From NCBI GenBank assembly GCA_964633905.1, contig CAZWIT010000005.1:26610-90609 (forward strand): a stretch of DNA of 64,000 nt, given 5' to 3'. The DNA comes from an uncultured Gammaproteobacteria bacterium. GTDB lineage: Bacteria; Patescibacteriota; Patescibacteriia; UBA1558; GWA2-36-10. Below, in pieces: positions 25,575 through 34,606 of the stretch (within the stretch, counting starts at the first letter, position 1; each line of letters starts with the position of its first letter). The position numbers and the translations under genes are program-made. Below the pieces are notes generated by a model. That model made no database searches. It had not been told where the DNA came from and saw only the letters and a list, made by a program, of their open reading frames with translations.

Positions 25575-25654
25575 TAGCACAAAATAAAAAAACGGTCAAA
25601 TAAAAAAGTCCTGCTAAAAAGCAGGACCAAAATAACAAGAAACGTTTATCTTGC

Positions 25655-26497
25655 TTAGGACGAAAAAACAGAAGTAAATTTTTGACAAGTACAGCCTCTC
25701 AAACAATCCGTTTTACTCAAATGTTGAATCGTTGCCAACAAAACCTGAGACAAGCGCACCATATTATCAGACATTACCCTCTTAACATGATCACCTTTTA
25801 AAGGATCGCCTGTTTCTGGACAAAGATTACTAACGCAAGCCAACAACCCATAGCTCATACCTGCTTCGCGCGCTAAAACTGCCTCTGGAAAACAAGTAGA
25901 CATACTCAAAAAATCAATTCCCTCTTTGCGGTATTTTTCAATTTCAGCCCTAGTTTCAAATCTAGGACCTGGCAAAGTAGATCCTAAAATTCCATTGTGT
26001 TCAATTTTGCCGTGGCTTACATTAAATACTATTTCTGCTATTTTACTACAAAACAAATCATCCATTGATCTGTGAAAATTAGCTGAGTCAACACCAACCA
26101 TATTAGCAAAAGTAAAAGGCAAAGCAGTATAATCAATTGCATCTACTGGGCAATAAATTTCGCCAGTCTGTGGAACACAAACATTAACACTATTTCTAAT
26201 AGCACCAACTGCTGAAGTGGCTAATACTACTTTTACACCCAAAATCTGAGACAAAAGATACATGTATTTTTGCTGCGCATTAGTCTTAAGCAATTGATGT
26301 GGTAAAGAAAAATCACCAAAACAATGATGCCTATCAATAAAATAAATTATGTCACTGCCAATTTCTAAGGCATAATAAAAAATGTCATCACCATAAATAT
26401 GTTCAAAACGCTTAGCTTTTTGAAGCTTACTACCGGCACCAATTAAACTAAAGAAAAATTGCTCCATACCAGTGCCACCAATTATGCCAATCTTCAT
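25655..26497 (-). CDS. Purine nucleoside / 5'-methylthioadenosine phosphorylase family protein
   Basis: N-terminus MKIGIIGGTGM and a PNP/MTAP-fold central region. The start is set at MKIG, which is preceded by AAGGAG. A Cys-rich C-terminal tail (CLRGCTCQ) is unusual. Confidence 0.7.
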   Translation of the reverse strand: MKIGIIGGTGMEQFFFSLIGAGSKLQKAKRFEHIYGDDIFYYALEIGSDIIYFIDRHHCFGDFSLPHQLLKTNAQQKYMYLLSQILGVKVVLATSAVGAIRNSVNVCVPQTGEIYCPVDAIDYTALPFTFANMVGVDSANFHRSMDDLFCSKIAEIVFNVSHGKIEHNGILGSTLPGPRFETRAEIEKYRKEGIDFLSMSTCFPEAVLAREAGMSYGLLACVSNLCPETGDPLKGDHVKRVMSDNMVRLSQVLLATIQHLSKTDCLRGCTCQKFTSVFSS

Positions 26498-26659
26498 TTT
26501 TACTCCTTGTCTGTTAAGGGACATCTTGCCGGGACAATAAAACATCCCTACCTTAAACATTTGCTAGCACTTTGTCAAACTTAAAGTTTTTATATTTAAA
26601 ATTTTTTAAATAATTTTACTAATATTAGCTAAAATAATAAATTTTACGCAGAATTAGCT

Positions 26660-26690
26660 ATTTTAAAAACCTCATTTTATTGAGGTTTTT
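26660..26690 (-). terminator. Intrinsic terminator for the 26695-27096 gene
   Basis: AAACCTCA-loop-TGAGGTTT hairpin followed by a T-run on the minus strand. Confidence 0.5.
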
Positions 26691-26694
26691 AATC

Positions 26695-27096
26695 TTATTT
26701 TATATATTTTTCTTCAAAAGCTTTTTGATCTCCAAATTCTACAAAATCCTTATGGTGTTCTGGTGGTATAAAATTATGATCAGCCTTGTGCTTTATACCA
26801 CACCAATATTTTTCTGTTTTTCCAGCTATGGTCAAAGAATAATGCAATAAACCATTAGCATATCCACAATAAATACAATTTAGCTTTTGGAACAAGTTTA
26901 AATACTTTAGTTTATATCTATCAATTTTTATATACTCAGAACGCTTAACTAATTCAAAACCATAAACTGGAAAACTAATGTGATGATAGATCTCTATAAA
27001 AATATCTAGAATTACTAGTGGTATAAAAACCATCCAAATGAGTGGAATTAATAAAACGTGAATAATTATCTTTTCTCGGTGTTTAAAATAGTCCAT
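26695..27096 (-). CDS. Hypothetical membrane protein with Cys/His cluster
   Basis: 133 aa. Two N-terminal TM segments, then CIYCGY...C...H motifs. Confidence 0.4.
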   Translation of the reverse strand: MDYFKHREKIIIHVLLIPLIWMVFIPLVILDIFIEIYHHISFPVYGFELVKRSEYIKIDRYKLKYLNLFQKLNCIYCGYANGLLHYSLTIAGKTEKYWCGIKHKADHNFIPPEHHKDFVEFGDQKAFEEKYIK

Positions 27097-27159
27097 TTTT
27101 TATTATTAACTAATTAGTTCAAAATTAAAGTAAAAATAAATAGCCACAAATAATTGGCC

Positions 27160-27234
27160 TGGTGTCCCCGAGAGGAATCGAACCTCTATTTAGGCCTTAG
27201 GAGAGCCTTGTTCTATCCATTGAACTACAAGGAC
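27160..27234 (-). tRNA. tRNA-Arg (anticodon CCT)
   Basis: The minus-strand sequence GTCCTTGTAGTTCAATGGATAGAACAAGGCTCTCCTAAGGCCTAAATAGAGGTTCGATTCCTCTCGGGGACACCA has the anticodon loop CTCCTAA, a GTTCGATTC T-loop, an A discriminator and an encoded CCA. The acceptor stem has two G-U pairs. Confidence 0.8.
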
Positions 27235-27314
27235 AAATATTAATACTAACTAAAATGTATTTTTTTACTTTAAAAAATTAGCTAATATTATATAATATTT
27301 TGTGTCGTATTATA

Positions 27315-27446
27315 TTATGGTAATAAATTTGTTAAGGCCGAAAAGTTGGCTTCTAAATAATACAAAATACCAAACAGAATAAAAATGCCCACAAATATCA
27401 ATCCTATTCTTTTTAAATCACTTTTTACAAAAGCTCTGTCTTCCAT
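27315..27446 (-). CDS. Possible 43-aa single-TM small protein
   Basis: Hand-translated minus-strand ORF MEDRAFVKSDLKRIGLIFVGIFILFGILYYLEANFSALTNLLP. The RBS is weak, so this may be spurious. Confidence 0.2.
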   Translation of the reverse strand: MEDRAFVKSDLKRIGLIFVGIFILFGILYYLEANFSALTNLLP

Positions 27447-27578
27447 CTTTTTAAATTAAATATTAATTAATAACGAGCTTATTTTAATATAAACAAGCAA
27501 AAATGTCTAGAAATTATTTTGACTTTTTTGCTTGTTTAATCTAAAATTTAAACACTTTAACCTTAACACAAAACTTTT

Positions 27579-28019
27579 ATGTTTAATAAAAATCAAGCCA
27601 TTGTCAATAATAAAAGCATTGAAACCATTATTGGCCCATCTGTAAGGGTTGAGGGTGACTTTAAAGGCGAGGGAGATCTTATTATTGAGGGTATTTTAGT
27701 TGGCAGTTTACAAACTAAAAATAACCTAAAAATTGGAGAAAACGCAGTAGTAGAAGCCGGCATTAAGGCTAATAATGCCTTTATTTCAGGAAAAGTTAAA
27801 GGAAATCTAGTAATTAAAGGCAAATTAGAAATCACTGGCACCGCTATTATATTGGGCGATATTAAAACTCAACTTATCTCTATTGAAAGTGGAGCTATTA
27901 TACAGGGTTCTGTTACTATGCCTGTTAATGATGTAAGTAAAGAAGAGTCTCGTAAAAATAAAGAAAAAATATCTGAAACAACAGTAGAGGATAATATTAA
28001 TACTGTTGATCAAGCTTAA
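27579..28019 (+). CDS. Bactofilin (DUF583) cytoskeletal protein
   Basis: Repetitive beta-helical segments (EGDLIIEGILVGSL...NAVVEAGIKANNAFISGKVKGNLVIKGKLEITGTAIILGDIKTQLISIESGAIIQGSV) typical of the bactofilin core. Confidence 0.7.
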   Translation: MFNKNQAIVNNKSIETIIGPSVRVEGDFKGEGDLIIEGILVGSLQTKNNLKIGENAVVEAGIKANNAFISGKVKGNLVIKGKLEITGTAIILGDIKTQLISIESGAIIQGSVTMPVNDVSKEESRKNKEKISETTVEDNINTVDQA

Positions 28020-28026
28020 ATAAACT

Positions 28027-28770
28027 ATGTATTTATATATATACGATAGTTTCCTCAACGACAAAAAATATAACGATTTACTAATACAAATTGAAAAAAG
28101 GATTACCGATTTAGGCATCAAAGGACGAGTCGCCAGGTTATCTATCTTAAAAAACATGAAAGAGCTAATTACGGACGCTGTTAAAGACGGCGTAAGCACC
28201 GTAGTTGTTATTGGTAATGTTCAAACTTTTGCTAAGGTTATTAATATTGTGGCTGATTTAGATGTGGTTTTAGGCTTAATTCCAGTGGATAATGACAACC
28301 GCATTGCTAAAATGCTTGGTATACCACCAAAGGTTTTGGCCTGTGATGTAATTGCTTCCCGTATTGTTAAAAAAATTGACCTTGGTATTATTAATAATCA
28401 TTATTTTATTGGCAGTGCTGAAATTAATAATAGTGAAGTATTCTTAGAAAATAATGGCTATACTATTCAACCTACTACTACCAACAATCGTATTGTAATT
28501 TATAATTTTGCTAGCCCCAGTGGAAACATTAGCTCAAGTCCCATTGATGGCATTTTAGAAGCCGTAATAACGCCCATTAAAAGCACCTGGTTGGGTAAAA
28601 AAGAGATTACTGGTACAGTTTTACCTTTTACTAGTTTGCGTATTGCTAGCCAAGCACAGGAGCAAGTTTCTATTTTAAGTGATGAACAAACTATCATGAA
28701 AACTCCGGCTGAAATAAAAATAGCCCCTCAAAAACTTAAAGTAATTGTGGGGCCAGAACGTTGTTTTTAA
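28027..28770 (+). CDS. Diacylglycerol/lipid kinase catalytic-domain-like protein with degenerate active-site motif
   Basis: YegS/BmrU-like layout (ARLSILKN...VVVIGNVQT...VLGLIPVDNDN). The canonical GGDGT is replaced by IGNVQT. Confidence 0.45.
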   Translation: MYLYIYDSFLNDKKYNDLLIQIEKRITDLGIKGRVARLSILKNMKELITDAVKDGVSTVVVIGNVQTFAKVINIVADLDVVLGLIPVDNDNRIAKMLGIPPKVLACDVIASRIVKKIDLGIINNHYFIGSAEINNSEVFLENNGYTIQPTTTNNRIVIYNFASPSGNISSSPIDGILEAVITPIKSTWLGKKEITGTVLPFTSLRIASQAQEQVSILSDEQTIMKTPAEIKIAPQKLKVIVGPERCF

Positions 28771-28802
28771 TTTTTTATCTAATATTAGCAAAAAAACAGC
28801 TT

Positions 28803-29501
28803 TTAAGCTGTTTTTTTATTATTTTTCCCTAAGATTAAATATTGTTGAAAAACAGAGAACAGAGTAGTAAATAACCAATACATGGTAAGCCCGGCTGGTA
28901 GACTAGAGCCAATAAAAATAGTAATTACTGGCATAAAATAAAGCATTTGTTTATTCATCATAGCGCTCATACCGCCAGTACTAGCATTTTTGCCACCTAA
29001 TAGCATTTTAGATTGCCAAAACTGAGCCAAACCAGCTAGTACTGCTAGTAAAATATTTTTATTAGCTAAATCAATAAAACCAAAAGCAATAGTATTTAAT
29101 GAGCCTGGGTTAGCCACGAAAGCATATAAAGCAGACAAACTACTTTCTTTGGTCAAACCATCATAAAAAACACGATAAATAGCAAATAAGAATGGTAATT
29201 GAATTAAGGTAGGCAAACAAGAAGCAAATGGATTGATCTTTCTTTCTTTATATAAAGACATTAGCTCTGGACCCATTTTTTCTTTATTGTCCTTGTATTT
29301 TTCTTTAAGAGCTTCTATTTCTGGTTGAATTAGCTGTAATTCTTTTTGAGACTTAATGGCTGATTTAGAAAGAGGATATAATATTAAACGAATTAAAAGG
29401 GTTAATAATAATATAGCCACACCCAAATCGTGTCCTGGAACACTATTGTATAAAAAAACTAGTAAATTAAAGATTGGTTGATAAAAAATTGTATGAAACA
29501 T
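28803..29501 (-). CDS. yidC: Membrane protein insertase YidC (short Gram-positive/CPR type)
   Basis: 232 aa with five TM segments. The first helix carries the conserved arginine (LIRLILYPLS), and the C2 loop is coiled-coil. The gene is adjacent to yidD, rnpA and rpmH. Confidence 0.85.
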   Translation of the reverse strand: MFHTIFYQPIFNLLVFLYNSVPGHDLGVAILLLTLLIRLILYPLSKSAIKSQKELQLIQPEIEALKEKYKDNKEKMGPELMSLYKERKINPFASCLPTLIQLPFLFAIYRVFYDGLTKESSLSALYAFVANPGSLNTIAFGFIDLANKNILLAVLAGLAQFWQSKMLLGGKNASTGGMSAMMNKQMLYFMPVITIFIGSSLPAGLTMYWLFTTLFSVFQQYLILGKNNKKTA

Positions 29502-29507
29502 AAATTT

Positions 29508-29768
29508 TTATTTAATTGGATCGTGACCACCTTTGGACCAGGGATGACAACGCAATAAACGATAAGAACACATAATTACACCCTTATAAGGACCATGTTT
29601 GCTTATTGCTTGCCGACAATATTCTGAACAATGTGGCTCAAAGCGACAAAATCCATAAGGATAAAATCCTTTTAATAAACCATCGTCTGGTGATAAGGTT
29701 TTTTGATAAATATTAATAATAAACAACAATATTTTCTTTAAAAACTCATTAAACCAGGAAAATATCAT
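29508..29768 (-). CDS. yidD: Membrane protein insertion efficiency factor YidD
   Basis: YQKTLSP...CRFEPHCSEYCRQAI...HPWSKGGHDP matches the conserved YidD family sequence. Confidence 0.8.
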   Translation of the reverse strand: MIFSWFNEFLKKILLFIINIYQKTLSPDDGLLKGFYPYGFCRFEPHCSEYCRQAISKHGPYKGVIMCSYRLLRCHPWSKGGHDPIK

Positions 29769-30115
29769 GATTTTTTATTCAATAGCTTAATTTGATTATA
29801 GGCAAATTCTATTTGTTTTTTTAATTCAACAAAATTTAGCTCTAAGGCACTTTTTTTAGCTATAATTAGCAAATTATATCCTGGTTTTAAGTCTTTTAAA
29901 AAACTTCTATTTATTTCTCTTAGTCGTCTTTTTAATAAATTTCTTCTACTTGCCCTTTTATCAACTTTATTTGAAACTATAAAACCAATCTTAATGTCCT
30001 TATCTTGATTAGCTAGATATTTTAAGGTTAGTTGCGGCAAAAAAAAGGTTTTACCAGATCGGATTAACCTTTTTATTTCTAAGTCAGTGTTTAATCTGTT
30101 GTTTTTGGCCAACAT
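29765..30115 (-). CDS. rnpA: Ribonuclease P protein component
   Basis: 116-aa basic protein. Its position between rpmH and yidD is universally conserved, and the RNR-like basic motif (KRASRRNLLKRRLREI) is present. Confidence 0.8.
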   Translation of the reverse strand: MLAKNNRLNTDLEIKRLIRSGKTFFLPQLTLKYLANQDKDIKIGFIVSNKVDKRASRRNLLKRRLREINRSFLKDLKPGYNLLIIAKKSALELNFVELKKQIEFAYNQIKLLNKKS

Positions 30116-30124
30116 AAGCCAAAA

Positions 30125-30265
30125 TTATACAGAAATTTTAGCCCTACCTTTAGCGCGACGACTTTTTAAAACCCTACGACCAGTTGCACTACTCATTCTC
30201 TTACGAAAACCGTGGCTTCTGGCTCTTTTTTTCTTTTTTGGTTGGTATGTTCTTTTAGTAGCCAT
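30125..30265 (-). CDS. rpmH: 50S ribosomal protein L34 (not in ORF track, 46 aa)
   Basis: Hand translation gives [46 protein letters not shown], which matches the bL34 consensus (KRT(F/Y)QP...R..HGFR.RM.T..GR.VL..RR.KGR..L). The plus-strand ORF 30087..30275 is its antisense shadow. Confidence 0.85.
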   Translation of the reverse strand: MATKRTYQPKKKKRARSHGFRKRMSSATGRRVLKSRRAKGRAKISV

Positions 30266-30432
30266 AATAAAATAATTAACTGTTTTAAGATAACATAAAA
30301 GCCTTATTTTTTCAAGGCTTAAGTTTTATCCACAAATATCAACAACTTATTCACAACTTGTAAACTATTGTGATTATTTGAGTTAATTATATTTTGTGCT
30401 ATATTTATAGCAGTTTTAAATAGGGGTGAAGC
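30266..30432. promoter_or_regulatory. oriC segment upstream of dnaA, containing DnaA boxes
   Basis: Perfect TTATCCACA at 30326-30334. TTATTCACA at 30347-30355. A two-mismatch box (complement TAATCACA) near 30369-30377. This is the rpmH-dnaA intergenic position classic for bacterial origins. Confidence 0.6.
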
Positions 30433-31809
30433 ATGGAAAATCGTGAAAAAATTTGGCAAAGTGTTTTGGGTCAATTAGAGCTACTAATTAGTCGCGCTAA
30501 TTTTACAACCTGGTTTAAAAATACTTTTTTAGCTGAACACAACGAACAACAAGTAATAGTAGGGGTTCCTAATTCCTTTACTAAAGTTTGGTTAGAAAAA
30601 AAATATCATGATCATATTACCAAATCTTTAGAAAATATCTTATCTATAAATAATCTACAGGTTATCTACAGGGTTGAAAATAGGGATATTGCACCTAATA
30701 TTAGCCAAAATATTGCTGAAATTAAAGAAGCAAATCAGACTCCTGTGCATAACCAAACAGTTATAAACAACAATAAAACCATTAATAAATTTGGTTTAAA
30801 TACTAGCTATAATTTTAGTAATTTTATTGTTGGGCCAGGCAATGAACTTGCTCAAGCAGCTTCTATGGCTTGTGCTCAAAAACCAGGTGAAACTTATAAT
30901 CCATTATTTATTTATGGCGGTGTGGGCCTTGGCAAAACCCACCTTGTTCAGGCTGTTGGAAACTATATTTTGGCTAAAAATCCACAAAAAAAGATACTTT
31001 ACATAAACAGTGAAAAATTTACTAATGACTTTATTTTTGCCATAAAAAGCGGCCACACTGATAAATTCAAAGAAATATATAGAAATGTTGATGTTTTATT
31101 AATAGACGATATTCAATTTATAGCCGGTAAAGAACAAACCCAGGAAGAGTTTTTCCATACTTTTAACGCTCTTCATCAAAATAACAAACAAATAGTCATC
31201 TCGTCAGACCGACCACCCAAGGCAATTGCCGGTATTGAAAACCGCTTAATTTCTCGTTTTGAATGGGGAATGATAGCTGATATTTCTTTTCCTGATTTAG
31301 AAACTAGAGTAGCAATTCTTGAAACTAAGTGCCAACAAAAAAATTATAATCTTGCTACTGAAATTATTCACCTAGTAGCTGAAAGTATCCAGGAAAATAT
31401 TCGTGAACTAGAAGGAGCTTTAAATAGAGTAATTGCTTTTCATCAGCTTAATAACACTCAACCAAGTCTAGAAAGCGTACGCGCCCTCTTAGGAGGAATT
31501 TCTGCTAATCCTAAAAAAGCTGGGCTTACTACTAAAAAATTATTAAAAACAGTAGCAGATTTTTTTGATATTTCCCTAGATGAATTGCTTGGTTCTAGTA
31601 GAAAAAAAGAATTGGTCGTACCTAGACAGATTGCCATGTTTTTGATGCGCGAACAATTAAAAAGTTCTTTTCCTAACATCGGACAAGAAATAGGGGGTAG
31701 GGATCACACTACTGCTATGCACGCTTGTTTAAAAATTTCAGACCTAATAACTAGTGATGAAAAAATGAAAAACGATCTGGCTGTTCTGCGTCAAAAACTA
31801 TATGAATAA
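30433..31809 (+). CDS. dnaA: Chromosomal replication initiator protein DnaA
   Basis: AAA+ Walker A GGVGLGKTHL, Walker B LLIDDIQF, sensor motifs, and a C-terminal DNA-binding domain with the DnaA signature. Confidence 0.95.
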   Translation: MENREKIWQSVLGQLELLISRANFTTWFKNTFLAEHNEQQVIVGVPNSFTKVWLEKKYHDHITKSLENILSINNLQVIYRVENRDIAPNISQNIAEIKEANQTPVHNQTVINNNKTINKFGLNTSYNFSNFIVGPGNELAQAASMACAQKPGETYNPLFIYGGVGLGKTHLVQAVGNYILAKNPQKKILYINSEKFTNDFIFAIKSGHTDKFKEIYRNVDVLLIDDIQFIAGKEQTQEEFFHTFNALHQNNKQIVISSDRPPKAIAGIENRLISRFEWGMIADISFPDLETRVAILETKCQQKNYNLATEIIHLVAESIQENIRELEGALNRVIAFHQLNNTQPSLESVRALLGGISANPKKAGLTTKKLLKTVADFFDISLDELLGSSRKKELVVPRQIAMFLMREQLKSSFPNIGQEIGGRDHTTAMHACLKISDLITSDEKMKNDLAVLRQKLYE

Positions 31810-32042
31810 ATTGTGTATAAATTACTAAAAGATTGTGTGTAAAAAAATTAAAAATATATTTTTAAACGCTTATCAACAGTCTGAATAAAATTTTTGCACA
31901 AGATAAAACCTGTTTATACACAAAAATAATATTGAAAAACTAGAAAAATAGCCAATAAAAATAAGTATTCTTAACACTTCTGCACATTTCCGCAATAGCC
32001 TATAACTACTACTTTATTTATAAATATATATATAATAATACT
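31810..32042. promoter_or_regulatory. Second oriC segment (dnaA-dnaN spacer) with DnaA boxes and AT-rich DUE
   Basis: One-mismatch DnaA boxes TTATCAACA (31870-31878), TTATACACA (31924-31932) and a minus-strand TTATACACA (31812-31820). A TA-repeat unwinding element, TTTATTTATAAATATATATATAATAATA, lies at about 32005-32040 immediately before dnaN. Confidence 0.55.
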
Positions 32043-33146
32043 ATGAAAATAATTTGCACCCAAGAAAATTTAAATAAAGGATTAAATTTAGTCTCCCACA
32101 TTGCAAATAAAAATAGTAATTTGCCAATCTTAAATAACGTATTATTTAAAGCTAATAAAGATGGTTTAACTTTAATTACCACTGATTTAGAAATTGGTAT
32201 AAAAGTATTTGTGCGTAGCAAGGTGGTAGAAGAAGGAGATTTTACCATTGATGCTAAACTATTAAATAATTATGTTAGTTTATTACCAAAAGAAAATATT
32301 GATTTAAATCTTAATGAAGGTTCTTTGGAAATAAAAAGTGCTAATCAAGAAACTAGTATAAAAGGTTTGGATGCCGAAGATTTTCCCTTAATACCAGAAA
32401 TTGAAAAGACCAACGAAGTTTTGATACCAGCTGCTGATTTAAAAAAAGCCCTAAATCAAGTTTTGTTTTCAGCCTCTTTGGATAGTTCTCGAATCGAAAT
32501 TAATGCTGTTAATTTTAATTTTTATAAAGAGAATTTAACCTTAGTCGCTACCGATAGCTATCGTTTAGCAGAAAAGAAAATAAAAATTAACAATCAGAGT
32601 AAAGAAGCAAATTTAATTATTCCTCTTAAAACACTACAAGAACTAAACAGGATTATAGCTGAACAACCTGGAGAAGATTTAAAATTATATTTTAATGAAA
32701 ATCAAATACTTTTTGTTTTTGATGGCGTGGAGCTTGTTTCTAGGGTAATAGATGGTCATTATCCTGATTACAAACAAATTATTCCCAGTAGTTTTGTGAC
32801 TAAAGTAAAATGTGATCTAAACAAGCTAATTCCAGCTATTAAGGCTGTTTCCTTGTTTTGTAAACAAGGAATTAATGATATTAAGTTGAGTTTTGAGGAA
32901 AAAAGCGGGGAAATAATAATATCAACAGCCTCTTCTTATACTGGTAATAGTATTGCCAGGATTCCAGCTGAAATAAAAGGGGAAAACAACGACATAGTCT
33001 TTAATTATCGTTATTTGTTAGATGGTTTAAATAATATTGATAGTAGCCAGGTTTATCTACAACTAAACAACAATGCTTCGCCTGGTCTTGTTCAACCAGG
33101 TGATAATCAAGAATATATATATTTAATTATGCCTATTAGACAATAG
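32043..33146 (+). CDS. dnaN: DNA polymerase III beta sliding clamp
   Basis: 367 aa with a three-domain beta-clamp layout, immediately downstream of dnaA. Confidence 0.9.
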   Translation: MKIICTQENLNKGLNLVSHIANKNSNLPILNNVLFKANKDGLTLITTDLEIGIKVFVRSKVVEEGDFTIDAKLLNNYVSLLPKENIDLNLNEGSLEIKSANQETSIKGLDAEDFPLIPEIEKTNEVLIPAADLKKALNQVLFSASLDSSRIEINAVNFNFYKENLTLVATDSYRLAEKKIKINNQSKEANLIIPLKTLQELNRIIAEQPGEDLKLYFNENQILFVFDGVELVSRVIDGHYPDYKQIIPSSFVTKVKCDLNKLIPAIKAVSLFCKQGINDIKLSFEEKSGEIIISTASSYTGNSIARIPAEIKGENNDIVFNYRYLLDGLNNIDSSQVYLQLNNNASPGLVQPGDNQEYIYLIMPIRQ

Positions 33147-33266
33147 CTTTTGCTATTTCTAATAAAATTTGGTATAATTTTAAGACCTTAATATTTGGCG
33201 TGTCGAACCCAAATTTTAAGACTTCAGAATAATCATAGATTTTTCTCGTATTGAGAAACTAAAAGC

Positions 33267-33297
33267 ACCTTAGCGCGATAAGGTGTTTTTTAGTTAA
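33267..33297 (+). terminator. Intrinsic terminator after dnaN
   Basis: CACCTTA-gcgcga-TAAGGTG hairpin followed by TTTTTT. Confidence 0.5.
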
Positions 33298-33302
33298 AAA
33301 AA

Positions 33303-33338
33303 CACCCAGCCAAAACCGGACTTTGGCGGGGTGTTAAG
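33303..33338 (-). terminator. Intrinsic terminator for the 33352-33927 gene
   Basis: Long hairpin AACACCC-A-GCCAAA-accggac-TTTGGC-G-GGGTGTT, followed on the minus strand by TTTTTTAACTAAAAAA. It lies back-to-back with the dnaN terminator. Confidence 0.5.
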
Positions 33339-33351
33339 GATTTTTGTATTT

Positions 33352-33927
33352 TTACAAGTCTTTATCAAAGAGGCAGATTAGGTATATGGCAATATAGGGT
33401 GCGCCAAGTAAAATCACGAAATATGGCAGGGCAATCAGAAATCCTTGTGATAAGCCTAGTCCGAACAAATATCCAGGCACCCAACCCAGTGTTTGGAAGG
33501 GTGCAGCTATAATAGATATTGGATCAAGGTAGTAGCCTTGGTGTTTTTCTTTAACAAAAACATATACAAATGGCCACAAAAAACACAAGACAGTTGCTGC
33601 CAGCGGCCCAATAAGACTTGTTGCTAGCAAATAAACAAAAGCACCAGCGGCAAATTGTCCCAAGGCCTCCTTGCGCATGTAAGAGTCTTTGGCAAAATTG
33701 TATAAGTGATACAAAAAAACAAAGATTAAGGCAAAGGGAAGAAGGTCGGAAATAGGACGAAGTAAGAGGGTTTTGGGTAGTTTTGAAAACAGTAGGTTGT
33801 CGTTGGCCCAACCCAGCAAGTAATTAATATTAAGAATGCTGAATAAAAAACTCAGACTGGTACAAGCGACAATGCCTAGGACAAAGGGTAAAAATAGTTT
33901 TTGTAAGAACCAGGCAAGGTGTTTCAT
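33352..33927 (-). CDS. Integral membrane protein, unknown function (5-6 TM)
   Basis: The start was chosen at MKHLAWFLQK, preceded by AAAGGAG. Highly hydrophobic throughout, with GC modestly above background. Confidence 0.45.
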   Translation of the reverse strand: MKHLAWFLQKLFLPFVLGIVACTSLSFLFSILNINYLLGWANDNLLFSKLPKTLLLRPISDLLPFALIFVFLYHLYNFAKDSYMRKEALGQFAAGAFVYLLATSLIGPLAATVLCFLWPFVYVFVKEKHQGYYLDPISIIAAPFQTLGWVPGYLFGLGLSQGFLIALPYFVILLGAPYIAIYLICLFDKDL

Positions 33928-34042
33928 GGTGTGGCTCCTTTTTAAGGTTGACAACGGACGCGGCAAACAGACTAATATTAACGATAATATCAAAATCTTG
34001 TCAATTGAATTAATTGGTTTTTTTTGTTAAGATGGCTTATAT

Positions 34043-34603
34043 ATGATTGCTTACATAAAAGGAGTAATTTTAGAAAAAACAGAGCGCTCAGCCATAGTTT
34101 TGACCAATGGCGTTGGTTATGAGGTTTTTTTAAGCTTGCGAGATCTACAAAAAGTAGAAAAAAGTAGTCAGCAAGAATTTTTTATTTACTCCTATATTAG
34201 GCAAGACAGTTTTGATTTATATGGTTTTCAAAATTTATCAGCCATAGATTTATTTAAAAAACTTTTGCTGGTTTCTGGTGTTGGTCCAAAAAGTGCAATT
34301 AATATTTTAGGTCTTGCCGAAGTCGATGATTTAAAAAAAGCTATTACCAGTGGTGATCCTAGTTTTTTTCAAAAAGTTTCTGGTGTTGGTAAAAAAACAG
34401 CCGAAAGAATTGTAGTAGAACTTAAAGAAAAATTTATTAATGACATTAGTAATATTGCTGGTCCTATTGGCGGTGATCGCCAAGTAATAGAGGCCCTACT
34501 TTCTTTGGGTTATAAAGAAAAAGAGGCTATGGAGATGGTTAAAAAATTACAAGGAGATGAGATTGATCTTTCGGCTAAAATAAAAAAAGTTTTGCAAAAT
34601 TAA
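34043..34603 (+). CDS. ruvA: Holliday junction branch-migration protein RuvA
   Basis: N-terminal OB domain (MIAYIKG...), two helix-hairpin-helix motifs (GVGPKSA, GVGKKTAERI) and a C-terminal domain III. Confidence 0.85.
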   Translation: MIAYIKGVILEKTERSAIVLTNGVGYEVFLSLRDLQKVEKSSQQEFFIYSYIRQDSFDLYGFQNLSAIDLFKKLLLVSGVGPKSAINILGLAEVDDLKKAITSGDPSFFQKVSGVGKKTAERIVVELKEKFINDISNIAGPIGGDRQVIEALLSLGYKEKEAMEMVKKLQGDEIDLSAKIKKVLQN

Positions 34604-34606
34604 TTT

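Noticed and set aside
30087-30275. 62-aa plus-strand ORF
   Set aside because: It is the antisense shadow of rpmH (bL34).
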